A stretch of 52,836 nucleotides of DNA, taken from positions 1-52,836 of the forward strand of contig JACPHB010000014.1 in assembly GCA_016188835.1 (NCBI GenBank), in the 5' to 3' direction. Position 1 is the stretch's first letter. Each line of letters begins with the position of its first letter. The translations under genes were made by a program, and so were the position numbers. This document shows positions 29,210-38,440 of this stretch, piece by piece. The stretch comes from Parcubacteria group bacterium (GTDB lineage Bacteria > Patescibacteriota > Minisyncoccia > UBA10092). The notes under the pieces were generated by a model that did no database searches, was not told where the DNA came from, and saw only the letters and a list, made by a program, of their open reading frames with translations.

Positions 29210-29656
29210 TTATTCTCCTTCTATATTTTTAATTTTAGTTAAACGCCTCACGTGGCGCTCTAAGCGCGAAAATGGAGTTTCCAACCAGATTTTTAAAATT
29301 TCTTTGGCAGAATTTTCATCGGTAAAATCAGCTGAAAGGGACAAAACATTGGTATCATCATCGTTGCGGCTCATTCGCGCCTGTTGGGCGTCAAATAAAA
29401 GCGCTGAACGAACACCTTTAAATTTATTAGAGACAATATCAACGCCGACGCCACTGCCGCAAATTAAAATACCGCGATTTTCTTCCGGATTTTGTGAAAC
29501 TTTTTGAGCGACTAAAATCGCATAATCCGGATAATCGTCATCAATATTAATTTCTAAAGCTCCCAAATCTTCGTATTCTAAATTAAGCTCTTTTAAATAT
29601 AATTTAAGAACTTCTTTTAAATTATATCCTCTGTGATCCGCGCCGATGTATAGCAT
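29210..29656 (-). CDS. rpiB: Ribose-5-phosphate isomerase B
   Basis: GADHRG, DYPD, ICGSGVG, NK..GVR, RHVRR. Confidence 0.93.
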   Translation of the reverse strand: MLYIGADHRGYNLKEVLKLYLKELNLEYEDLGALEINIDDDYPDYAILVAQKVSQNPEENRGILICGSGVGVDIVSNKFKGVRSALLFDAQQARMSRNDDDTNVLSLSADFTDENSAKEILKIWLETPFSRLERHVRRLTKIKNIEGE

Positions 29657-29704
29657 AGAATTTTTATAGTCTAAAAATGAAAATAAATTTAAAAAAATTT
29701 ATTT

Positions 29705-30343
29705 TCATTTATATAATTTAAAACTGCTTAACATTTTTTCAAAAATCTGCGTGTCGCCAGCAACATCTTCGGCGCTAGTCATTATGTCAAGCCGCCCCAG
29801 GTCCTGCAACCAGTTATAAAGACCGTACTGCGGAAAAATCAGCCAAAGGCGGCGGCCATCTTTAAGAATATATTGGGTTTGAACGCCGGAAGATCCGCCA
29901 ATATAAGCCGGAGTAGAAGTGCCTTTTGCCCCCACTCCATAACTTAAACCGTCGCGCGGCAGAATTGCAAAGCGCAAATCGCTGTTTGGTTTTTTAAAAT
30001 AAAATTCTTTAACCATTTCGCCCCTGACATTTTCATTAATTTCTTCTGTAACATTCCAAGAAACCGGATATTGGATTTCGAATCCGAATTCGGCATTTTT
30101 ATAAAGTTTAAATCCGGAAAATATTTGAGGAGTTGGCGATTTAACTTCTTTCGACGGGCTTACCGGAATTTCTTTTGAATCTTTGACCGGAAAATTTTCT
30201 GCCGGCAATTTAGTTTCTTCTGTTGGCTCTTCGACATTTTTGGCAGGCGTAAAATAAAACTTTTTAAAGCTTAAATAAACACCAAGCGCAGAAATAACCG
30301 CAATAACTAAAATTATTAAAATAACTTTTGCCTTAATATTCAT
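29705..30343 (-). CDS. Membrane-anchored PsbP-like hypothetical protein
   Basis: TM; YKNAEFGFEIQYP-W; FEKMLSSFK. Confidence 0.6.
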   Translation of the reverse strand: MNIKAKVILIILVIAVISALGVYLSFKKFYFTPAKNVEEPTEETKLPAENFPVKDSKEIPVSPSKEVKSPTPQIFSGFKLYKNAEFGFEIQYPVSWNVTEEINENVRGEMVKEFYFKKPNSDLRFAILPRDGLSYGVGAKGTSTPAYIGGSSGVQTQYILKDGRRLWLIFPQYGLYNWLQDLGRLDIMTSAEDVAGDTQIFEKMLSSFKLYK

Positions 30344-31356
30344 TATAAAAGATTCTTAACTGCTAAAACATGCTTTAAAAGCATTGAAGCATAACCCCAT
30401 TCATTGTCGTACCACGCCATAACTTTTACGAGATTTCCGTCAATAACCCGCGTCATTGCCAAATCAACTATAGAACCGTGCGGATTTTTTATAATATCTG
30501 ATGAAACCAGCGGCTCCTCTGAAACCGATAAAATCCCCTGCCATTGCATATCTCTTGCCGCTTTTTTAAAAATATCGTTGATTTCTTCGGCTGAAGTTGA
30601 TCGTCCGGCAATAAAAGTAAAATCCATAATTGAACCGCAAATTACGGGCACTCTAAGTGAAATACCGTCAAATTTTCCCGCAAGAGACGGCATGGCTTTA
30701 GTTGCTGCTATCGCCGCGCCAGTTGTTGATGGAACGATATTTTGGGCGGCGGCGCGAGCCCGGCGAAAATCATCTTTTTTATCCGGTCCGTCAACCAAAC
30801 CCTGGCTGGCGGTATAAGCATGAATAGTATTTAAAACAGCTTTTTGCACTCCCGGATTAGCACCCATTATCGCCATTACCGGAGTAGCCGCGTTAGTGGT
30901 ACAGGAAGCATTTGAAGTGATTTTATCCGACTTTAAAAATTCTTCTCCGACATTGGGAGTCGCTGTCGGTGTTGCGTCATCCTTTGCCGGAGCGGTAATT
31001 ACCACTCTTTTGGCGCCGGCATCCAAATGAGGCGCGGCTTTATCCCGCGACTCAAAAACACCAGTTGATTCTACGACGATATCAATGTCTAAATCCTTCC
31101 ATGGAAGCCTTAAAATATCCTTTTCCTGCAATACTTTAATTTCTTTCCCATCAACAATTAAATTGCCATTTTTTGTTTCAACCGATTTATCGTATGGTCC
31201 GTAAACCGTGTCGTATTTTAAAAGATAAGCCATATTTTCTGGAGCTCCCAAATCGTTTATTGCCGCGAACTCTAAATCCGGATGGCCGAAAGCGTAACGA
31301 AAAAACACTCGTCCTATCCTTCCAAAACCATTAATGGCTATTTTTGTTTTTTTCAT
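30343..31356 (-). CDS. gap: Glyceraldehyde-3-phosphate dehydrogenase type I
   Basis: INGFGRIGR, SNASCTTN, WYDNEWGY. Confidence 0.97.
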   Translation of the reverse strand: MKKTKIAINGFGRIGRVFFRYAFGHPDLEFAAINDLGAPENMAYLLKYDTVYGPYDKSVETKNGNLIVDGKEIKVLQEKDILRLPWKDLDIDIVVESTGVFESRDKAAPHLDAGAKRVVITAPAKDDATPTATPNVGEEFLKSDKITSNASCTTNAATPVMAIMGANPGVQKAVLNTIHAYTASQGLVDGPDKKDDFRRARAAAQNIVPSTTGAAIAATKAMPSLAGKFDGISLRVPVICGSIMDFTFIAGRSTSAEEINDIFKKAARDMQWQGILSVSEEPLVSSDIIKNPHGSIVDLAMTRVIDGNLVKVMAWYDNEWGYASMLLKHVLAVKNLL

Positions 31357-31369
31357 ATGGTTTAAAAGT

Positions 31370-32314
31370 TTAATTTTTTACCGCAGGGCTTTGTTTTTTA
31401 ATTTTAAGCAAATAATTATAAGCCGACAGGGCGGCGACAACGCCATCACCGGCGGAAATATTATTCTGTTTGTAAATTTCATCAGTTACATCGCCGGCGG
31501 CAAAAATTCCAGGGTGCGAAGTAGCGCCGGTTTTATGATCAACAATAATTTCTCCGGCTTCATTCATTTCCACAAGCCCCTTAACAAATTCAGAATTTGG
31601 CACCGAACCTATTTCCACAAAAACTCCCCCAAGGGATAATTCTTTAATCTGATTATCTTGTTTATCTAAATACTTTAAGCCGCTGACAAATTTATCTCCC
31701 ATTATTTCTTGCGTTTGCGCATTGTTAATTATAACAATCTTGTCAGATTTTCCAATTTCTTCCCGAGTTGAAGGATCGCCGGCCAGTTCCGGACCGCGAT
31801 TTATTAAATAAACCTTGACGGCGTAGGGAATAAGATCAACTACCGCCTCAAGTCCGGCGTTGCCACCGCCGATAACCGCCACTATTTTATTTTTAAAAAT
31901 CGGCGCGTCGCAAGTTGAGCAATAAGATACGCCCTTGCCTTCAAATTTATCTTCTCCGCTAACGTTAAGCCGCCGCCGCCTGCCGCCGGAAGCTACAAAT
32001 AAAGTTTTTGATTGATAAATGTTTCCATTGTCCGTTTTAACTTCAAAACCATCGTCAATTTTTTTAGCTTCAATAACTTTTTCCGGCATTTTAATTTCAA
32101 CGTCTTCCTGGGATCTAATATGTTCTTCGAGCATTTTAGCGAATTCAAGGCCGGTCATCTTTTTAACGCCAATCCAATTTTCAATATCATCTGAAACCAG
32201 CGATTGGCCGCCAAAACTTTCTGATATGAACAAAGTTTTTAATTTTTTTCGGCCGGCGTAAACGGCCGCCGCCGCGCCGGCCGGTCCGCCGCCGATAATG
32301 ATTAAATCATACAT
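31370..32314 (-). CDS. trxB: Thioredoxin reductase-like FAD oxidoreductase
   Basis: GGGPAG, SYCSTCD, GGGNAG, FAAGD. Confidence 0.9.
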   Translation of the reverse strand: MYDLIIIGGGPAGAAAAVYAGRKKLKTLFISESFGGQSLVSDDIENWIGVKKMTGLEFAKMLEEHIRSQEDVEIKMPEKVIEAKKIDDGFEVKTDNGNIYQSKTLFVASGGRRRRLNVSGEDKFEGKGVSYCSTCDAPIFKNKIVAVIGGGNAGLEAVVDLIPYAVKVYLINRGPELAGDPSTREEIGKSDKIVIINNAQTQEIMGDKFVSGLKYLDKQDNQIKELSLGGVFVEIGSVPNSEFVKGLVEMNEAGEIIVDHKTGATSHPGIFAAGDVTDEIYKQNNISAGDGVVAALSAYNYLLKIKKQSPAVKN

Positions 32315-32332
32315 ATGCTTATTCGCATCTAA

Positions 32333-33007
32333 TTATTTTGCCAATTCGGCATCAATAATCTGAATAAAAGAATTGGTTGGAAGAGCGCCGACATAAAGCA
32401 CACAGTTAACAAAATTAGCCGGCGTTCCAGAAACTCCCGCCTCGCCGCCAACTTTGGTTTCTTTCTTGATTTCTTCCAAATATTTATCGGAATCAAGGCA
32501 GGCGTTGAATTTTTCCTTGTCTAAACCCAAAGCGGCGGCAAAACTTTTCAAATTATTCTTGCTAAAAGCGCCCTGATTTTCACCCCGCTGACTGCCGTAG
32601 AGATAATCATGATATTCCCAGAACTTGCCCTGTTCGCCGGCGCATCGAGCCGCGTTAGCCGCCCAAAACGATTCCTGTCCCAAAAAAGCAAAATCGCGAT
32701 AAATGAATTTAACTTTTCCCGTTTTAATATAATTTTCTCGCAGCACTGATTCGGTTTCCTTAAAAAACTTGCCGCAAAATGGGCACTGAAAATCGCCGTA
32801 TTCAACAACAGTAACCGGCGCGCCTTGTTCTCCTAAAACGAAATCACCGGAAGTTACCGCCGGCATGGCGCCGATAGCCGCGGTTTCACTTTTTCCGGCA
32901 TTTTTCGGCAACGGCCCGTTTACCGAATAAATAACCGCTACCGCAATAACAATACCGGCCAAAACAACAGCGCCGGGAATAAGATATTTATTTATTTGAT
33001 CATTCAT
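32333..33007 (-). CDS. DsbA-family disulfide oxidoreductase
   Basis: EYGDFQCPFC, GTP cis-Pro loop. Confidence 0.92.
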   Translation of the reverse strand: MNDQINKYLIPGAVVLAGIVIAVAVIYSVNGPLPKNAGKSETAAIGAMPAVTSGDFVLGEQGAPVTVVEYGDFQCPFCGKFFKETESVLRENYIKTGKVKFIYRDFAFLGQESFWAANAARCAGEQGKFWEYHDYLYGSQRGENQGAFSKNNLKSFAAALGLDKEKFNACLDSDKYLEEIKKETKVGGEAGVSGTPANFVNCVLYVGALPTNSFIQIIDAELAK

Positions 33008-33036
33008 GGTTTTTATTTTAATAATTTGTATTTTTT

Positions 33037-33140
33037 ATATTTAAAGAAAATAAAATTTTAAAATTGTAGGCGGGGGCGAGCCGTTCGCCGAAGGCGAATG
33101 GGGCTAAGCAATTTTAAAATTTTTATTTTTTTCAAATATA
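33037..33140. repeat. Dispersed structured element copy B
   Basis: Core differs from copy A (2937-3000) by 2 nt; diverged AT-rich arms stay complementary. Confidence 0.9.
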
Positions 33141-33154
33141 TTGCAGTTTAACAC

Positions 33155-33189
33155 AATTTTAAAACCCCCGCAATGGGGGTTTTAAAATT
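33155..33189. terminator. Hairpin terminator after the surface-protein gene
   Basis: aattttaaaaccccc-gcaat-gggggttttaaaatt. Confidence 0.75.
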
Positions 33190-33203
33190 TCTCTTACTAC
33201 ATG

Positions 33204-35159
33204 CTATCTATAAAGCTCATTCAGTTTCTCTCTGGTTTTTGGGCCAACATTGCCATATCCCGATTCTCCTGACGAAGCAATGCCGTATTTTTCCTGAAAT
33301 TTCTTAACGGCTTTTAAAGTAGCTGGGCCAAAATATCCGGTAACTTTCCCTTCAGGATAAACTGAAGAATCGGTCTTAAGAGCTTCCTGTAATTTTCTTA
33401 CATCATCATGACTTAATCCTAAAGCCAAAGGTCTTACAAATTTGAATCCGAGAGCGACACCTTTTGGAGCCGGTTGAGCCGCCTGAATTGCCTTAATGTC
33501 ATTTAAAATAGCGAGGATTTCTGCTTGAACCGCGGCAATATCGGCGGCAGGAGATGACTTGGTCAGCGCGGCAATTTTTGCCACGACAGAAGCAATTTTT
33601 GTCTGAACATTATCAAGAGATGGCGCAGCCGGAGTCGCGGGAACAGCTGGAGTAGCGGGCGTAGCCGGAGTAGCAGGCGTTTCGGCCGGTGTGGCCGGAG
33701 TTGCAGGAGTGGCTGGGGTTGCCGGAGTGGCTGCTACCGCGCCGCCGCCTCCGCCTCCACCGCTTCCGCCACCAGCAGCAGTACCCGTAAAACTGCCTGT
33801 ACCGCTAACAGTATCGCTAGAATCTTGGGAATCGGTAAAAGCAAAGCTTAATGTGCCCGGACCTTGATAATCAAGTTTTGCGGCAACATCGGTACCTGAA
33901 AGATTGAATTGGACGCCGCCTCGAAAAATACCCGTGGCATTGCCAGTTTCGGTAAGAGTTATGGTTTCACCGTCTATAAGAGCGCTGGTTGCGGTAATAG
34001 TAACCGATTGAGTGTCGAGAGCAGCACCATCAAAGTTCAAACTAGTATCGGTTACCTGAACAGCAGCCGAATCTCGAGCATCAGCGTTATATGAACTCTT
34101 GCCGGTACCGGAACCGTCATCAAATTGAGCAGATGATGCTTTAACAATTTTGCCGGTAGTTCTTGTTACCGTGCCGCTGTTAGTATAAGTAGAACCCGAA
34201 ACATCAAAAGTAAATGTGGTTAGTGCCAAGGTACCGGATTCAATCGATATGGTACTTGTTGCGGTTGTATTGCCTAGTAAGGTTTTGGTAATACTCGCGC
34301 CGCTGATTACAAGGTTGTCGTAAGTGCCGCTCGCAACATCGGTTGCGGCGCTTGCGTTGGTGTATTTTACCAGCGCGCCATTTGCAACGAAAGTACCGTT
34401 AGCTTTAGAGAACACAGTCCCGGAACCCGACAAAACAACGGCAACGTTCTCAAACTTAGCTTGAGCATATCCATTTAAAGTTAATGCGTTTGATACAGTG
34501 GTTGTCGCGGTACAGCCGGTAGTGGTACTGCAAGTAGAACCGCCTTGATTAAATCTGTAAGTACTGATTAAAGCAGTAGAAGTCGGAGTAAAAGTAAGAT
34601 TGTAATAAGTGGTCGTTGCCACAACAATATTGCCTCCGGTTCCGGTAAATGTAACGGTGCCGGTCGCGGCCGTAAAGGCCGTGGTAGTGGTGCCAAACTG
34701 AAACGGAACGGCATTAGTATTAGCATTGTTTAATTGCAAAGTGCCGCTGCCCCAAGTTGAATCGCCTGTTTTGATCGTGCTTGTACCGACAAGACGAACG
34801 GTAGTACTTGCCTTTATTGTGGCGCCATTTCCTATAATAAGCATCGGGCCACCATCTTCGCCTCCCGTGCCAATTGTCAGAGAGCCCAAGGTGCCATTAA
34901 GAGTGGTTGTAGCCCGAACAACGACATTGCCGCCACCCGTTGATCCCGCCGTCTGTTCTCCGATTGTTACGTTATCCGTTGTTGAAGCGCCGGGATAATT
35001 ATCAACGCCGGCATTGCCCCAGTTAGCCGGATCGGTCCAAGTTACCCTATCACCGCCGCCGGTCCAAGTATAAGTGTAAGCATTTGTTACATTAACATTT
35101 AAAAACAAAAATCCCGCGGCTAAAAAAAGCCCGAGAATTACAAAATATTTTCGTGACAT
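33204..35159 (-). CDS. Secreted T/G-rich surface protein with Gly/PAT linker and C-terminal peptidoglycan-binding domain
   Basis: Signal peptide, beta-rich body, (PAT)n, DVRKLQ..L...VTGYFGPATLKAVKKFQ...GNVGPKTR. Confidence 0.85.
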   Translation of the reverse strand: MSRKYFVILGLFLAAGFLFLNVNVTNAYTYTWTGGGDRVTWTDPANWGNAGVDNYPGASTTDNVTIGEQTAGSTGGGNVVVRATTTLNGTLGSLTIGTGGEDGGPMLIIGNGATIKASTTVRLVGTSTIKTGDSTWGSGTLQLNNANTNAVPFQFGTTTTAFTAATGTVTFTGTGGNIVVATTTYYNLTFTPTSTALISTYRFNQGGSTCSTTTGCTATTTVSNALTLNGYAQAKFENVAVVLSGSGTVFSKANGTFVANGALVKYTNASAATDVASGTYDNLVISGASITKTLLGNTTATSTISIESGTLALTTFTFDVSGSTYTNSGTVTRTTGKIVKASSAQFDDGSGTGKSSYNADARDSAAVQVTDTSLNFDGAALDTQSVTITATSALIDGETITLTETGNATGIFRGGVQFNLSGTDVAAKLDYQGPGTLSFAFTDSQDSSDTVSGTGSFTGTAAGGGSGGGGGGGAVAATPATPATPATPATPAETPATPATPATPAVPATPAAPSLDNVQTKIASVVAKIAALTKSSPAADIAAVQAEILAILNDIKAIQAAQPAPKGVALGFKFVRPLALGLSHDDVRKLQEALKTDSSVYPEGKVTGYFGPATLKAVKKFQEKYGIASSGESGYGNVGPKTREKLNELYR

Positions 35160-35213
35160 TTTTATTTAAATTAATTAATTTTAATCAAAACCGCCGGTAG
35201 ATATTTTTCCTAA

Positions 35214-35279
35214 ATATCCACAGCTGTTAATTTAATTATAGCCGACCAAATTTCTTTGTCTATAGTAATCTGTGGATAA
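35214..35279 (-). promoter_or_regulatory. Promoter bracketed by inverted DnaA boxes
   Basis: ATATCCACA (35214) and TGTGGATAA (35271) around TAGACA-16-TATAAT on the minus strand. Confidence 0.55.
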
Positions 35280-35287
35280 GTCCGGCG

Positions 35288-36112
35288 TTAATATTCATAA
35301 CTATCAATTAAAAGTCCATTTTGATCGCGAAGTTCTATTACATCATGCAAAGAATCAAAAATTTTATTGCCGTTACCGGTATAAATTTTCCATCCTTTGT
35401 AAAAATCACTATCGTTTTTATGGCCCGCGACGCAAGCGTTGTAAGTCATATTTTTTTCCGCCCACTGGCGGCATTTATAAGACGCCTTGTTTAAATCATT
35501 TTCGCTCGGCGTCCGGCAAGAACCGGCGCGAAGTATCAAATCCTGGCAAGCGCTGTCAAGACCGGTTAAGTCGCCGAGCCGAAATCCGCCGGGGCAATAA
35601 TTAAGCGAGTAGCCCAAATTATATAAATTATTAAGCCAGCCGAAACAATTATTAACGCGAAAGTTTACCGCTAAAGGGCTTAAACCGACAATAATATCCG
35701 CTCGTTCGCCGCTTGAAAGCCAAATATCCGAAGGCGCGGCGTCAAATTGAGGCAGATTAATTCCTTTGCCGATAATGGTTTCCCCTCTTTGAATACTTTT
35801 AATTTTCCAGCCGGTTATATTGATTTTACCTGAATCAAAATATAATGCCCGCAAACTGATTTCGCCTTGGCCATAACGAGAAACACTGCTGATGCTAATT
35901 TTTTTAACTGCTTGCTGAGGAATTGGAGTTGTTGTCGCGCTCGGCGGCTGGTGGTAAAAATAATTTGACGCCGGTTTTGTTAAAATTTTCGGGAAAAATG
36001 GAAGAGAAAATGATCCCGATTTTAACTCTTTAATCGCGTAAGGCAAGCCAACTAAAACACCAATGATAAGCAGAATAATTAAAATAAATCCAAAAACAAA
36101 TGATGATTTCAT
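35288..36112 (-). CDS. Secreted Cys-containing hypothetical protein (lamin-tail-like edges)
   Basis: TM; INITGWKIKS; IELRDQNGLLIDSY. Confidence 0.6.
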   Translation of the reverse strand: MKSSFVFGFILIILLIIGVLVGLPYAIKELKSGSFSLPFFPKILTKPASNYFYHQPPSATTTPIPQQAVKKISISSVSRYGQGEISLRALYFDSGKINITGWKIKSIQRGETIIGKGINLPQFDAAPSDIWLSSGERADIIVGLSPLAVNFRVNNCFGWLNNLYNLGYSLNYCPGGFRLGDLTGLDSACQDLILRAGSCRTPSENDLNKASYKCRQWAEKNMTYNACVAGHKNDSDFYKGWKIYTGNGNKIFDSLHDVIELRDQNGLLIDSYEY

Positions 36113-36116
36113 GAAT

Positions 36117-38405
36117 TTATTTTTTTTGCAAACTTTCTACAATTTTTAGCTCCTCTTGAAATTTATCGGCAAGGCCGAGATTTTGATAAACCAAAGCGAG
36201 CGATTGATGGAGGTTGATATTATCGGGATCTTTGGCTCCGGCGGAAAGGTAAAGCACTAAAAGTTCCGGCCACATTTTCATTTCTATATACGGATTGACT
36301 ACGCCTAAAATTTCCTGTTGCGGCGCGAAACTGCTTTTAGCTTTTATTATTTCATCAACATCAAATTTTAATCGATAATTCTCAATTGAAATTTTCGGCC
36401 CGTAAAACACAGCGAGCGCCCGATTTATAGATTTAACTCCTTCTATATTATTGTCGTTGGCAATATTGGCAATGCCAAGATACCAATGCGTTTGCCAAAA
36501 ATTTGGCGCCGCAGCCACCGCTTTTTCCATCAATTCCACTCCCTTGGCATGGTTTTTAGTGTCAAAAGACAATTGCAAATAAGAATAATATACTTCCAAA
36601 CGGTTTGGCGCGAGTTCCAAGGCCTTGCCATAAGCGTCTGCAGATTTGGCAAAAATTTCCCGCTTAACTTCATCGCTCCCACCAATGCCCCGCGCTTTGT
36701 AACTTTGCATCTGCCCTAAATTCAAGAAACTGAAAACATTGGGGTGGTTTTTCACTTCACGCTCAAGTTCGCCGATGCCGAAATCTAAAACTTCCAGCCG
36801 GTTTTCCGGATTGAATTTTGAAAGATTATTTTGAAGCCAAGTTATATATTGATTTCTGAATTCCGTAGTCCCGAGTGTTTCGTATTTTAATGACTCCTTA
36901 TATAATTTGAAAGCATCTTCGGGAGTAAAAAGGCTGGGATTATAAACGTTTTGTTTGTTGATTCCGGAAAAAGCATTTACAAATTTATAATTGGCAACTG
37001 CCGGTTTAACGCTCACCTGCCAAAATACATAAGCAATAAACATAAAACACACAACACATAACACTATTATTGTCTGAGGACTGAAAGTTTTTTGGTTTAT
37101 TTTTGTAATGTTATATGTTTCATGTTGTGTGTTACGTGAATATATCGCAAAACCTATTGTCAAAAATAAAGATATATAGCTGGCGGGGCTATCAAAAACG
37201 AAAAAACTATTTACGGCATAAGCGGCAGCAAGAGAAATAAAAGCCCATGCCTTATTTTTCAAGAATACCCAAAATAAAGCAGTTATCAAAAACAGATAAC
37301 CCGCAAGGCCGAGAATGCCGCTCATTGAAGCATAATCAAGATAAGCATTGTGCGCGCGGTCAAAATTTGTTTCCCGCAATTCGTATACTCTCGGATTAAG
37401 ATAGGCGTTGTGCAAATGCAGATAATTATTCGGGCCGAAACCGAATATGGGGCGGGCTTTAAAAGCGCTCCAGGCAATTCCCCATTCGGTAAAACGCTGT
37501 TGCACCGTATCGTCTTTCAAAGAAGCGTTTACAATGCGGGTGAGCTGGGAATTATTTTTAACAAAATCTTTGCCGCGCATAAGCCAAAGAAAACCATATA
37601 AAACAACCGGAATCAAAACGGCTAAAGAAATAATTTTTCTTGTTTGCGGATTTCGCCAGAATTGAATTGCCAGATAAACGATGAGTCCGGCACCAAAACC
37701 CACAATCGCGCCTCGGCTTGACGCCAGAAATAATGTTCCTATATTTAGGAAAAATGCCGTTGCCCATAACCATTTGAACTTGGAACTTGGAACTTGGAAT
37801 TTGGAATTTGGATTAATTTCGGATGTCTGCCATAAATATAAAGCAAAAAAAGCAGAAAAAATCGCGTATGTGCCGACAAGATCGGTATTGCCTATCGTGC
37901 CCATTTGGCTCCCGGGCATCCAAACCCGCGTCTGTAACACAATAAAATATTGCCCCAAATATTGCGCTAAAACATAAAAAAATTCCAAAATGCTCACCGA
38001 AACCGCAATGGCAAAAAAATTCCGCCATTCTTTTTCGCTTTTTAAAACGCCGCTTAACATAACGGCAAACGCCGCAAAATGAAGCCAAGCAACAGTTCCG
38101 GACATTCTTTCGGTGTTGCCCCAAAAACTGCGAAAAACATCTATTCCGGTAAAACCGGTAATAATCAAAATAACCGTCAATAATAAAAGAGCGTAAGTTG
38201 CTAAATTAAGTTTTGGCCGGTAGCGATTATCCGAAACGGCTAAAACAACATAAAATAACAAAATTATTTCCGTCACCAGCTGGAAAAGCCAAATTTTAGG
38301 AAAAATAAACGGAAAGAAAAAAGAACCGCCGACATAAAGCGGAATAAATAAAACAAAACCGATTCCGAATTTGATGAGTTTTAATAAAAGATTAGAGATT
38401 ATCAT
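36117..38405 (-). CDS. O-antigen ligase (Wzy_C)-like membrane protein with TPR tail
   Basis: SFWGNTER, GTIGN, SRGA, RPIFGFGPNNY, DRAHN, then TPR-like helices. Confidence 0.88.
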   Translation of the reverse strand: MIISNLLLKLIKFGIGFVLFIPLYVGGSFFFPFIFPKIWLFQLVTEIILLFYVVLAVSDNRYRPKLNLATYALLLLTVILIITGFTGIDVFRSFWGNTERMSGTVAWLHFAAFAVMLSGVLKSEKEWRNFFAIAVSVSILEFFYVLAQYLGQYFIVLQTRVWMPGSQMGTIGNTDLVGTYAIFSAFFALYLWQTSEINPNSKFQVPSSKFKWLWATAFFLNIGTLFLASSRGAIVGFGAGLIVYLAIQFWRNPQTRKIISLAVLIPVVLYGFLWLMRGKDFVKNNSQLTRIVNASLKDDTVQQRFTEWGIAWSAFKARPIFGFGPNNYLHLHNAYLNPRVYELRETNFDRAHNAYLDYASMSGILGLAGYLFLITALFWVFLKNKAWAFISLAAAYAVNSFFVFDSPASYISLFLTIGFAIYSRNTQHETYNITKINQKTFSPQTIIVLCVVCFMFIAYVFWQVSVKPAVANYKFVNAFSGINKQNVYNPSLFTPEDAFKLYKESLKYETLGTTEFRNQYITWLQNNLSKFNPENRLEVLDFGIGELEREVKNHPNVFSFLNLGQMQSYKARGIGGSDEVKREIFAKSADAYGKALELAPNRLEVYYSYLQLSFDTKNHAKGVELMEKAVAAAPNFWQTHWYLGIANIANDNNIEGVKSINRALAVFYGPKISIENYRLKFDVDEIIKAKSSFAPQQEILGVVNPYIEMKMWPELLVLYLSAGAKDPDNINLHQSLALVYQNLGLADKFQEELKIVESLQKK
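37773..37814. repeat. Heptamer repeat (TTGGAAY)~6 in frame
   Basis: Encodes NPNSKFQVPSSKFK. Confidence 0.9.
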
Positions 38406-38440
38406 TTTACATTTTGATATTTACATTTTACACTTAAAGT

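Noticed and set aside
33625-33780. (PAT)n and poly-Gly repeats
   Set aside because: Codons vary, so the repeat is at the protein level; an ordinary flexible linker.
35214-35279. Replication origin
   Set aside because: Only two boxes, no dnaA/dnaN, and no switch in gene strand bias.
37920-37940. caaacccgcgtctgtaac as a relative of the iscS 24-bp palindrome
   Set aside because: Only a short ttacagacg match and weak symmetry; not distinguishable from chance.
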